A stretch of DNA of 48,758 nt from Bacillota bacterium (GCA_021791995.1 JAJYVN010000001.1:1-48758); one strand, 5' to 3'. Positions 18,971-27,515 are shown, counted from the first letter of the stretch. Notes: a model not told the origin generated them from the letters alone. Numbers and translations: made by a program.

Positions 18971-19609
18971 GTGCTGGTCATCCGTTGGCCTGCACAAGCT
19001 GATCCTCGGTATACCTTACCGTCAGAACAGGGGGCAAATTGTCTGTACAGTTCAGTCCTTGAACTCCTCATATTCAGCATTCCGTCCGTTGTATATGTTC
19101 GGAGGTTACAGAATCGGGGCAAGAGCCGCCGCGAGGCTTGGGCCGCTGTTGGGTGGCAACCGGGCCCCCTAACGGGATACTGGATCGCTATCGGTGTCCT
19201 AATAGCCCTCACGCCGATCATCTATCTCGCCACGCGGTCTATACCTGTCGCGATCCTATATAGTCCTCATGTCGTCATCAGCGAAAGCGCGACCGGGTCC
19301 GGTATCGTTGCGAGCAGCTTGCTGGCACTGGCCGAAGAAGTATTGTTCCGCGGGCTCATAGCCGGCAGGTTGCTTGACCGATACGGATTTATGGTCGGCA
19401 ACGGTCTTCAGGCTCTAATATTTCTGGCTCCACATCTCCTGCTGCTACTCGTCAGCATTACATTCTGGCCTCTCGCGCTAGTGCAGTTCATAGCTGGATG
19501 GCTGCTGGGGGCGGTACGTTATAAGTCAGGTAGTATCTTGCCAGGTTGGTTGGCGCACGCTGGTGCGAACGTATTGGCTCCGCTCCTGTTTGCGCTGCTT
19601 GTGAAATAA
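18971..19609 (+). CDS. CPBP-family intramembrane glutamic endopeptidase (CAAX protease-like); start uncertain
   Basis: Motifs EEVLFRG, FLAPHL and HAGANV. There is no ATG in the membrane part, so the GTG at 18971 was chosen. This stretch is visibly more A/T-rich than its neighbours. Confidence 0.75.
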   Translation: MLVIRWPAQADPRYTLPSEQGANCLYSSVLELLIFSIPSVVYVRRLQNRGKSRREAWAAVGWQPGPLTGYWIAIGVLIALTPIIYLATRSIPVAILYSPHVVISESATGSGIVASSLLALAEEVLFRGLIAGRLLDRYGFMVGNGLQALIFLAPHLLLLLVSITFWPLALVQFIAGWLLGAVRYKSGSILPGWLAHAGANVLAPLLFALLVK

Positions 19610-19832
19610 CTCAGCCTCCCCGCGTCATCTTTACTTGGCTCTCGGCCCAATTCCGCCACAGTCCCGGGGGGTGCCTACGTATCCCGCCCCTTCGTCGGTG
19701 GGCTGGCCTTCGCCGTCGGGCGGCTTGGTTGGTACAGGCGCTCGGATCGGCGGTGGCGGCGCAGCTTGCGGTGATGTCCGATCGCGAGATGACCGCGTAC
19801 TACCGACGCGTTGCTTCCGGACGACCACGTGG

Positions 19833-21787
19833 TGTTCAAGGCTCGGGAGCCCGACCCGAGTTCGACAGTTGCGACCCCTCTGGCGCTCACGGCCGGAGGG
19901 GTCGATCGCGTAGTGGCGCGGTTTCTGGGGTCTCACGTAGGCACGAACGCCCGAAAACTGTAGGCACACGCCTATGGCACGTACGGTTGACTGTTAAACG
20001 GAAGTTCACGATAATGTAGGCAAGATGTATCTGCGATCGACCACCCGTACCAACAAGACCGGCGAGACGGTCCGCTACCTCCAACTCGCCGAGAGTGTCC
20101 GTGACCCCAAGAAGGGATACCCCGTTGCGAAGGTCGTCTACAACTTCGGCCGCGCCGACGAAGTCGATGAAGCCTCCCTCCGCCGGCTCGCCAAGAGCAT
20201 CACCCGCTTCCTGTCTCCCGAAGACGCTCTCGAGACCCAGGCCGAGTTGGACCCCGCCTCAGGCGACCTGCGCTTCGTTGAGAGCTTCCCGTATGGCCCG
20301 GCCTACCCCCTCGCCTCGCTGTGGCATGAGTTCGGCCTCGACGCCGTGATCATGGACCTGGTCAAGGACCGCAAGTTCAGCGCCCCGGTCGAGCGCGCGA
20401 TTCTGGCCATGGTCGCCGGTCGAGCGCTTGAGCCGGGGAGCAAGCGCGCCACCGCCGAGTGGCTCGATGGTCACGTCGCCATCCCCGACGTGGACCAGAT
20501 CCCCCTGCACCAGCTCTACCGCGCCATGGACGTGCTGATCGAGGCGGAGGAGGACCTGCAGCGGCGCGTGTTCGAGCGCGTCGCCCACCTGTTGAACCTC
20601 GAGGTGGACCTGCTCTTCTTCGACACGACGTCCACCTACTTCGAGACCGAGGGGGAGGACGAGTTCCGCCGCCGCGGCCACTCCAAGGACTCGCGCCCCG
20701 ACCTGGCCCAGGTGGTGATCGGGCTCGCCGTCACCCGCGAGGGCATCCCGATCCGGGTCTGGACGTGGCCGGGCAACACGACCGACGTGACGCGGATCAA
20801 GACCGTGCGCGAGGACCTTCGGGGCTGGCGGCTGGGGCGGGTGGTCCAGGTGGTCGACCGGGGCTTCGTGTCCGAGGCGAACCTGCGTGAGATGACACGC
20901 GGCGGCGACCACTACATCGCCGGGGTGAAGATGCGCCAGGGCAGTGCCGGCGTGGAGGAGGCGCTGTCCCGACCGGGCCGCTTTCGGAGCGTGCGCGACA
21001 ACATAGAGGTCAAGGAGATCTGGGTGGGGAGCGGCGAGAAGAGGCAGCGGTTCGTCCTGGTGCGCAATCCCAAGGATGCCGAGCGCGACCGCAAGACCCG
21101 CGAGTCGATCGTGAAGCACGTGACCGAGGCGATGGCGGCGATCCGCGAACTCGAGGTCGGGCATGTGAAGGCGGCGTGCGAGCTTGCCGCCCATGAGGTC
21201 TACGGGCGGTACGTGAGGCTGAACGAGAAGACGGGGCGGCTGAGCCTGAACCGGGAGCGGATCCGCGAGGAGGAGCGGCTGGACGGCAAGTACCTGATCG
21301 GCACGTCGGACGACACGCTGACGGCGGAGGACGTGGTGCTGGGCTACCGGCAGCTGCTTGAGGTGGAGGACGCCTTTAGGACGCTCAAGACGACGCTCGA
21401 GCTGAGGCCGCTCTACCACCGCCTGGAGAACCGGATCCGCGCGCACGTGGTGCTGTGCTGGCTGGCGCTTATGTTGGTGCGGATCGCCGAGTACCGGACG
21501 GGCGAGACGTGGACGGAGATCCGCCACGAGCTTGGGCGGATGCACCTCGGGCGGTTCGAAGGTGACGCTGGGACGGTGTGGCGGCGCACCGAGACGCGGC
21601 CGGCGCAGGCCAGCCTGTTCACGGCTATGAAGGTGGCGGAGCCGCCCGTGGTATTGCGGATCGAGCGCGCGCGCGGGAGGGCGATGTAGTAACACGACAC
21701 CCCTAGGCCAAAGAGCCCGCAAAGCCTTGCGGGGCCTGGCTTTGCGGGCTCTTCATGTGCCTACCAACTGTCGAAGTCGGGCCCGAG
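19833..21787 (+). mobile_element. complete IS1634-family insertion sequence
   Basis: Imperfect terminal inverted repeats: ctcgggagcccgac..ttcgacagttg (19842-19871) and gtaggcaca (19960-19968) pair with tgtgcctac-caactgtcgaagtcgggcccgag (21756-21787). ACGTGG occurs at 19827-19832 and 21788-21793 and is a candidate 6-bp target duplication. Confidence 0.75.
20025..21689 (+). CDS. IS1634-family (IS4-like DDE) transposase
   Basis: 554 aa. FFDTTSTYFE, VVDRGFVSEANL and DGKYLIGTS...YRQLLEVEDAFRTLK...RPLYHRLENRIRAHV. A 16-bp perfect hairpin (21711-21753) follows the stop. Confidence 0.9.
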   Translation: MYLRSTTRTNKTGETVRYLQLAESVRDPKKGYPVAKVVYNFGRADEVDEASLRRLAKSITRFLSPEDALETQAELDPASGDLRFVESFPYGPAYPLASLWHEFGLDAVIMDLVKDRKFSAPVERAILAMVAGRALEPGSKRATAEWLDGHVAIPDVDQIPLHQLYRAMDVLIEAEEDLQRRVFERVAHLLNLEVDLLFFDTTSTYFETEGEDEFRRRGHSKDSRPDLAQVVIGLAVTREGIPIRVWTWPGNTTDVTRIKTVREDLRGWRLGRVVQVVDRGFVSEANLREMTRGGDHYIAGVKMRQGSAGVEEALSRPGRFRSVRDNIEVKEIWVGSGEKRQRFVLVRNPKDAERDRKTRESIVKHVTEAMAAIRELEVGHVKAACELAAHEVYGRYVRLNEKTGRLSLNRERIREEERLDGKYLIGTSDDTLTAEDVVLGYRQLLEVEDAFRTLKTTLELRPLYHRLENRIRAHVVLCWLALMLVRIAEYRTGETWTEIRHELGRMHLGRFEGDAGTVWRRTETRPAQASLFTAMKVAEPPVVLRIERARGRAM

Positions 21788-22208
21788 ACGTGGAGCTCGG
21801 GGTGCACTTCCGCTGCGACGGTACGAGGGATCAGGCTGACCTTCGACTGATTAACCGGCCCCGCCGATGTGCGCGCCCACCGGGGTCCGCCTCGCCGCTA
21901 CGCGCCCTTGCGACGCGTTCGCCGGCGGCGCGGTCCCTTCGTGTTCCCATCAGGAGGTGACACGGTTGGGCGCATGGACGGACAGCGCCTTGAGGCTCGC
22001 TTCCCGTGTGACCCTCACGGCCTCCGGCCCGGTCACGTTGCTAGGTGTCAACGGCTGGCCGGAACGCGCAATCGCTAAGGACGCCGAAGAGGGGCGCGTC
22101 GCGGAGGCGCCCGTTCTGGTGCCTCCGATGGCAGCCGGGGCCGTTCGACCGGGAAGACCCACACCGTGCAGCCGGGGTACCTCAGGGTCCTTCAGGTTAT
22201 GGAAGTAG

Positions 22209-23048
22209 GTGAATAAGGTGCTGGTCAGGGTCTTGCTCTCTATCGCGGCCGGCGCGAGCGCCGGCTTGAGCCTCTACCGGGCCGTCGAGGTATCCGACTT
22301 GGTCCTCCGCCAGCGCGGCCAGGGGATGGCGTCCGGTGCCCGGCTTCGGACGCTGGGTGACGCAGGTTGGGCGCTGATCTTCCGACTGTGGGGACCGAAC
22401 AGTGAGGAGGTATGCCGGTCGGTCCACATGGACCCCGTGCTCCTGCTCAGGATTCAGCTCCTGGTCTCCCTCATGCCGGCCGGACTCCTCGGCTTTCTCA
22501 TGCGCCTTCCGTGGCCCATCGTGGTCGGTGTGTCGGCCGCCGGGTTCGTGCTCTTGCCGCGCGCCATCCTCAACAGTGAGGTGTCCGACAGGCGGACGCG
22601 CATCCTGGCCGAGCTTCCGGATACGCTGGGGCCGATGCTTGAGGTGGTGCAGCTGACGGGGGACCCCATCCAGGGCGTTCGGGCGGGGTTGCCCTACACG
22701 GATCCGAAGGGCGCGCTCCGTGAGGAGTTCATGCGCGTCCTGAGTGAGACGGGAGCTCACCATGACTTCCCGCTAGCGATTGAGCGCTGGGCGGAGCGCG
22801 TCGGACATCCGCTCGCGAAGGACGTCGCCCGGATCCTGGTGGTCGGCTTTCAGCGCCGGCTTCACGCCCAGGCGCTGGAGGACGTACGGGACAAGCTCGC
22901 CGCCATCCGCGTCATGATCGTCGAGGCCGCGACCGCGGCGATACCGAACTACATGGCCGCCGCCGGCGGCGCGCTCTTCATGGGCTTTGCCGCGCTGCTG
23001 CTGATACCCGGATACGTCATGCTGCACTCCGGATTCGGGCTCTTGTAG
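22209..23048 (+). CDS. tadC: TadC-like (T2SS-F family) platform protein
   Basis: 279 aa with the same architecture as tadB. ELPDTLGPMLEVVQLTG is a T2SSF-type helical domain and the C-terminus has a TM pair. Confidence 0.7.
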   Translation: MNKVLVRVLLSIAAGASAGLSLYRAVEVSDLVLRQRGQGMASGARLRTLGDAGWALIFRLWGPNSEEVCRSVHMDPVLLLRIQLLVSLMPAGLLGFLMRLPWPIVVGVSAAGFVLLPRAILNSEVSDRRTRILAELPDTLGPMLEVVQLTGDPIQGVRAGLPYTDPKGALREEFMRVLSETGAHHDFPLAIERWAERVGHPLAKDVARILVVGFQRRLHAQALEDVRDKLAAIRVMIVEAATAAIPNYMAAAGGALFMGFAALLLIPGYVMLHSGFGLL

Positions 23049-23157
23049 CGCTGGCTGTGCGTTGCCGCCCAAGGTCCCCACGTCGAACGGGGCTGCGTTC
23101 GTAAGGCACGTACCACACCGAAGAGATCACACTGGCGGTGGGGCCTCGGCAGTCGGG

Positions 23158-23454
23158 CTACCGAAGGACTTCGACGAGTGCGGATACGGTGGGAGCGCCT
23201 TCAAGGGCCGATCCGTTGCGGTACAGGCGACAGGACCAAACGTCTGCCGCAGCGTGAGGGAACGGATCGTCGCCGTTTACCAGGATCGTCGGCGAGCCGT
23301 GCATACCGGCAGCACGCGCCTCGGTGGGGTTGGCCACTAGGTGAAGTCGAACGTCTACGTCGCGACGGCCCACAATCTCCAGGGCCGCCTCCAGGCGTTC
23401 CCGCGCCAGACGCCAGTTCGGGCAATGGTCGAAGTACACAACCTCAACGTCCAT
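23158..23454 (-). CDS. thioredoxin-fold protein (single-Cys, MerR-associated type)
   Basis: 98 aa. VVYFDHCPNW and SPTILVNG fit the thioredoxin/glutaredoxin-like topology. It is divergent from a MerR-family gene. Confidence 0.6.
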   Translation of the reverse strand: MDVEVVYFDHCPNWRLARERLEAALEIVGRRDVDVRLHLVANPTEARAAGMHGSPTILVNGDDPFPHAAADVWSCRLYRNGSALEGAPTVSALVEVLR

Positions 23455-23480
23455 GCGTCACCGCCACCTCCTCGATACGG

Positions 23481-23512
23481 ACCTTAAACCCTCCCCTATA
23501 CTGGAATGTCAA
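23481..23512 (-). promoter_or_regulatory. MerR-type promoter with an over-long spacer driving the thioredoxin-fold gene
   Basis: The minus strand reads TTGACA, then 20 nt, then TAAGGT, followed by GAGGAGG and ATG. The spacer contains an imperfect dyad ACCCTCC-N8-GGAATGT. Spacers of 19-20 bp are the hallmark of MerR-activated promoters. Confidence 0.6.
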
Positions 23513-23519
23513 GAGGGTG

Positions 23520-23939
23520 ATGCGTGTGCTCATCGGCGAACTTGCCGAACGATCTGGCCTAACGACCAAGGCCATACGGTTCTACGAGGAGCAGGGCCTG
23601 TTGCAACCTGCTACGCGCACACGGGCCGGGTATCGCGTCTACGGGGAGGACGCACTCGATCGCCTGGCCTTCGTCCGAGCGGGCCAGGCCGTTGGCTTCA
23701 CGTTGGGCGAACTACGCGAGGTGGTCGTCTTTCGCGATCGCGGCCAAGCGCCGTGTACCCATGTTTCGGCGCTGCTGGAGCAGAAGGCGGCCGAGGTCGA
23801 CGCCCGCATCGCGGAGCTCGTGGAGCTCCGAGGGGCGCTGGAGGGCCTGCGTGATCGCGCCCGGCGCCTGCGCCCTGAGGACTGTCCGGCTTCGACCGTC
23901 TGCCATCTGATCACGCCGGCGTCGACACGGAACCATTGA
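23520..23939 (+). CDS. MerR-family (metal-responsive type) transcriptional regulator
   Basis: MRVLIGELAERSGLTTKAIRFYEEQGLL is the HTH, followed by a coiled-coil dimerisation helix. Cys residues sit in the effector region (APCTH, DCPASTVCH). Confidence 0.9.
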   Translation: MRVLIGELAERSGLTTKAIRFYEEQGLLQPATRTRAGYRVYGEDALDRLAFVRAGQAVGFTLGELREVVVFRDRGQAPCTHVSALLEQKAAEVDARIAELVELRGALEGLRDRARRLRPEDCPASTVCHLITPASTRNH

Positions 23940-23958
23940 CCCAAGAGCGAGTCCTCAT

Positions 23959-24007
23959 GGGGCCGCCCTTCAGCAGACCAACTGCTGAGGGGCGGCCCCT
24001 CTTTCAT
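23959..24007 (+). terminator. strong rho-independent terminator after merR
   Basis: ggggccgcccttcagcag-accaa-ctgctgaggggcggcccc is an 18-bp stem with one G.U pair, followed by tctttcat. Confidence 0.8.
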
Positions 24008-24031
24008 AGGCACTTCAGGCCTAAAGTGCCT
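24008..24031 (+). promoter_or_regulatory. 8-bp perfect inverted repeat 25 nt upstream of the pilin start (operator or 5'-UTR hairpin)
   Basis: aggcactt-caggccta-aagtgcct, read directly. Function not established. Confidence 0.4.
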
Positions 24032-24055
24032 AAGTTCAAGGTAGGGGGAGAGAAC

Positions 24056-24310
24056 GTGAACAAGGTTCGCGCGGCCTTGTCGGCACGATTCGGACGCGGC
24101 AGGCTGCGGCGGCTGCGGTCGGACCGTGGCGACTGGATGACCTACATCAACTGGGCGATCGGCATCGGCGCGGGGATTCTCGTCGGCTACGGGGTCCTGA
24201 ACTACCTCGTCCCCGCGGTCAACGGCGGCATGCAGGGGCAGACGACCTGCTTCTTCGGTTCCAACAGCGGCTCGGTCAACACCTCGTGCCAGCAGGCGCC
24301 TACGTCTTAG
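24056..24310 (+). CDS. Flp-like (Tad) prepilin, non-canonical leader
   Basis: 84 aa with GTG behind GGTAGGGGGAGAG. The basic leader ends ...LRRLRSDRG, followed by DWMTYINWAIGIGAGILVGYGVL. The size, the position before tadV and tadE, and a leader shared with two other locus proteins support the call. Confidence 0.55.
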   Translation: MNKVRAALSARFGRGRLRRLRSDRGDWMTYINWAIGIGAGILVGYGVLNYLVPAVNGGMQGQTTCFFGSNSGSVNTSCQQAPTS

Positions 24311-24375
24311 GGCGATAGGCGGAACAGGGGGCTCGGTGCGCCGGGCCCCTTGTTCGTTGGTTGGGGGGATGCACG

Positions 24376-25014
24376 ATGTCGACCTTGGGCCGCCTGCTTA
24401 CGTACCTCTCCGGAAGTGCGGCCGTTCTGGTGCTGGGTGGCGTGCTTGCGCGGGTGCAGCCCCGGCTTTGGCCATGGATGCTCCCTTACCTCGCCTTCGA
24501 GGTGTCCACGGCGGTATTTGCGTTCATCTCCCCGAAGGCCCGGGTACCGGCGTGGGGCTGGACGGAGACCCTGGTGCCGAGCGTCGCGACGTGGCTCTAC
24601 GTGGTGGGCTTTGCGGTACTTCATGGAAGCCCTGTATCGAACCCGTGGGTGCGCGGTGCGTCAGAAGGTCTATCACTCGTCGGGTACGGGCTCGGCACCT
24701 GGGCTCTCTTGAACCTCAGGACGGCGTTCTCGGTCCTCCCCGAGGTACGCACGCTCGTGGCCACGGGACCGTACCGGTTCGTGAGGCACCCGATGTACCT
24801 GGCGTACTTCCTGATCACGGCAGGTTCGGTGGTCGCCGAGCCGAGCCCGTCGCTGCTAGCAGCGGCAGCCGTATGGGCGGGCCTCATGTACGCGCGTGCC
24901 AGGGTGGAGGAGCGCAAGCTCGCGGCGAATCTGCCTGGGTACCTTGGCTACGCGGCTCGAACGGGTGCGCTTGTTCCGGGCCTTGGTCGCCTCATGCCGG
25001 AGGGGAATCCATGA
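24376..25014 (+). CDS. ICMT/PEMT-family membrane methyltransferase
   Basis: Multi-TM protein with TGPYRFVRHPMYLAYF and the EER block of the isoprenylcysteine carboxyl methyltransferase family. Its stop overlaps the tadV start (ATGA). Confidence 0.75.
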   Translation: MSTLGRLLTYLSGSAAVLVLGGVLARVQPRLWPWMLPYLAFEVSTAVFAFISPKARVPAWGWTETLVPSVATWLYVVGFAVLHGSPVSNPWVRGASEGLSLVGYGLGTWALLNLRTAFSVLPEVRTLVATGPYRFVRHPMYLAYFLITAGSVVAEPSPSLLAAAAVWAGLMYARARVEERKLAANLPGYLGYAARTGALVPGLGRLMPEGNP

Positions 25015-25457
25015 CGGCGGCCGACGCGACGATCCTGACGGTCGCGCTTGCCGCCGCATCCGTGTGGGACATCCGGGTGCGACGCATCCCCAACCCCCTG
25101 GTCATCGCGGCCGCGGTGCTCCTGGTGGCAGCGGATCTGGAGGGTCTCTCGTTCATGACGACCGCGATCCGGGCGGGAAGTGCCGCCGTGCTACTCGGCC
25201 TATGGCTTCTGGTGCCTACGGGCATGGGCGCCGGGGATGCGAAGCTCCTGGCCGTGTGCGCGCTCGGCGGTGGCCCGTTTCTGGCCCTGGTTCTGTTCTT
25301 TGGGTCCGCCGTGACCATGGCCTTGTTCGCGCTCGCGCGGTGGGTAGCGACGTGGGGCCGCGTGAGACTCGGCGGGGCGCTTCCGATGGCACCGTTCGCG
25401 GGAGTCGTTTGGGTGGTCGTGCTGACCGGGCTGGTTGGCGTGCCGCACCGGTTCTGA
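25011..25457 (+). CDS. tadV: A24-family prepilin peptidase (TadV/CpaA type, no methyltransferase domain)
   Basis: 148 aa. The catalytic Asp contexts are SVWDIRVRRIPN and GMGAGDAKLL. Confidence 0.85.
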   Translation: MTAADATILTVALAAASVWDIRVRRIPNPLVIAAAVLLVAADLEGLSFMTTAIRAGSAAVLLGLWLLVPTGMGAGDAKLLAVCALGGGPFLALVLFFGSAVTMALFALARWVATWGRVRLGGALPMAPFAGVVWVVVLTGLVGVPHRF

Positions 25458-25490
25458 GGTTCGACGCAAACGCCAGGGAGGGAGACGGTA

Positions 25491-26015
25491 TTGGAGCGGC
25501 TCAGGAGGCTGCGTGACGACGCGGGGTTCTTTGGCCCCTTCGGGCCCTATGTGGTGGGCCTGGTGCTGGTAGGTGCGAGTCTGGCGCTTGTCTCGGCGTT
25601 CACCGCGGTGAACGGGCTGTCTCACGACCAGGGCGCGTACGCGGGTGTGCTGTCGGGGGCGGCCAACAGCGCCGCGAGGGACGTGAACGTCCAGGCGCTC
25701 GCCGGTGGGCAGGTCGAGATCGACACGACCAAGGCTCCGACGGCGTTCACGGACTATCTCGTATCCGAGGGCGGGCTGACCAAAACGTCGCCGGGGATCT
25801 TCCAGGCCAGCGCGACGTCGTCGGGTCAGACGGCGGGCCAGACCCCTACGGTCAGCGGCCTTTCGGTGTCACCGTCGCCCTCGACGACTGGCGTACTGGC
25901 GCAAGGTTGGGCGGCCGACGTCTTGCCCCTCCCGGTGCTCGGCACCATGACCGTGCGCCTTCCCGAGAGTGTTAGCGTTGAGCCGCAGGCGAGGCTTGCG
26001 GACACCGTCCCGTAG
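25491..26015 (+). CDS. TadE-like pseudopilin
   Basis: TTG start behind AGGGAGGGAG. The leader MERLRRLRDDAG is followed by a hydrophobic helix, matching the pilin leader. Confidence 0.6.
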   Translation: MERLRRLRDDAGFFGPFGPYVVGLVLVGASLALVSAFTAVNGLSHDQGAYAGVLSGAANSAARDVNVQALAGGQVEIDTTKAPTAFTDYLVSEGGLTKTSPGIFQASATSSGQTAGQTPTVSGLSVSPSPSTTGVLAQGWAADVLPLPVLGTMTVRLPESVSVEPQARLADTVP

Positions 26016-26550
26016 GGCTCGGGTGGAATGCACGTACCGGAGTAGCCCGTCGGTCCCTATGGCGCAGGATGGCCGTACGGATCGGTGTCGGCCTCCATCC
26101 AGATCTCGATTCCGGAGGCTGTCAGGCTGGACCGACGGGCGATCGGTACTCCAATCGCCATCCATAGACAAGGCGACACGTACTCATGTGGTGGAGAAAT
26201 GGCGTGCCGTAGGCGGTTCGGTACAGGAACGCCAAGGCGCGCGCTTCGATTTCCTCTTGGGTCACGTTCGTACCACCTGGAGTTATGGTCGGGGGCACGG
26301 TATGGCCTGGGACCTGCGATGGTTCGGCTCGCTAGGCACTGACGACCCTGCTTATGCGCCATCAATCGCCGGAGGCAGCTTAGTCGACGAGGTCGTTGCT
26401 GAGGCCCGAGTACCTAGCGGCGGCCTGAGCCTGGACGGCGCGCAGCGCCCGACTTGCGCAACACCCTCGCGGCATCGCGCATCTCCATCACGGCCCTAGC
26501 TCCACGCCTTTGAGGAGTGTAGTGCGGTGATCCCGCATTGGTCGTTGCGG

Positions 26551-27120
26551 CTAACGCCTGGACCGGAACGTTGCTAGTTGCCTAGTCACGCCAGTTACCT
26601 GGCGACGATATCGAATCAAATCCACACTAGCGCCAAAGTGCAAGACCATTGCTGCCTCAGACAACTGGCGTCTAGCAGCCCAGAGCAGTGCTGGCCGCGG
26701 CAACTGTAGACAACCGCCTAGCCAACTGGCTTCTGCTTCCTGTTCCTCGTCGTAGTCCCGGAGAGGGTAAGGGAACTCGCTTATCTGGAGAACCATCGAG
26801 GGCTCGTGCTTGCACAGCAAGTGGGCGAGCTCGTGCATGAGGTCGCTCTGTTGTCTCGTCTTTGCGTGCTCTGTATTCCTAATAATTACGGGCTGATCTC
26901 CAACGGAAATTGTCAAGGCCGACCAACTGGACGGATCGGTGAATAGCAATTGCCAAAGTGTGACCGCGTCCATACCGGGAATGTCATGTGGGCCGACGAG
27001 GAAAACACCTAGATGGGAAGCCAATTGTTCGGCTGCTAGGGGATCCTGGGGGTTTAGGTCAAGAGCACGACGCAAGTCCACCGCCCACGCCTCGGATTGG
27101 GTCTTGAATCCTCTTTGCAT
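26551..27120 (-). CDS. ImmA/IrrE-family zinc metallopeptidase
   Basis: HEXXH in DLMHELAHLLCKH. It lies 2 nt downstream of an XRE repressor gene, the immR-immA arrangement. Confidence 0.85.
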   Translation of the reverse strand: MQRGFKTQSEAWAVDLRRALDLNPQDPLAAEQLASHLGVFLVGPHDIPGMDAVTLWQLLFTDPSSWSALTISVGDQPVIIRNTEHAKTRQQSDLMHELAHLLCKHEPSMVLQISEFPYPLRDYDEEQEAEASWLGGCLQLPRPALLWAARRQLSEAAMVLHFGASVDLIRYRRQVTGVTRQLATFRSRR

Positions 27121-27122
27121 GT

Positions 27123-27515
27123 CTATCGCGGACTTGGCTGGGGCCAGTCTCCCCGCCCGGCAGCCTCAAACGCTAAACGGATCATAGTTACCAAGGCCTC
27201 CACTGTTTTGGGATCCAAAGTACGTTGAGCCCGAAGGTGCGCTGTAATTATATCAACATCCGTTGCCGCTGCTTTTTGCGGTTCTGAGCTAACGCTGAGA
27301 TTGTGTGCGAGGTGGTCTGGGGAGACGCCGAGCCACCGGCACAGGCGCAGGAAGGTGTTCAGATCGGGTACATGACCCCTTTCGATTCGTGACAGGGTCG
27401 AGGCGCTGATGCCTCCGATCTCCTTCGCCGCCGCTTGGAGCCCGCGATTACCACGCTTCGTTCGGATCAGCGCAGCTAGTTCAGCAAGGTTCACATCAGA
27501 CACAACTGTGCCCAC
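27123..27515 (-). CDS. XRE-family HTH repressor (ImmR-like); start uncertain (27503 or 27515)
   Basis: LQAAAKEIGGISASTLSRIERGHVPDLNTFLRLCRWLG is a Cro/C1-type HTH. Confidence 0.85.
   Translation of the reverse strand: MGTVVSDVNLAELAALIRTKRGNRGLQAAAKEIGGISASTLSRIERGHVPDLNTFLRLCRWLGVSPDHLAHNLSVSSEPQKAAATDVDIITAHLRAQRTLDPKTVEALVTMIRLAFEAAGRGDWPQPSPR

Noticed and set aside
21867-22208. 113-aa ORF whose stop abuts the tadC start codon
   Set aside because: The tight junction is suggestive, but the peptide has no TM segment, motif or credible ribosome-binding site. It also begins in DNA just outside the IS end. Not called.
23488-23518. ACCCTC-N19-GAGGGT dyad as the MerR operator
   Set aside because: The right arm is the Shine-Dalgarno sequence of merR. 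The better-supported regulatory element is the minus-strand TTGACA-20 nt-TAAGGT promoter with an internal imperfect dyad.
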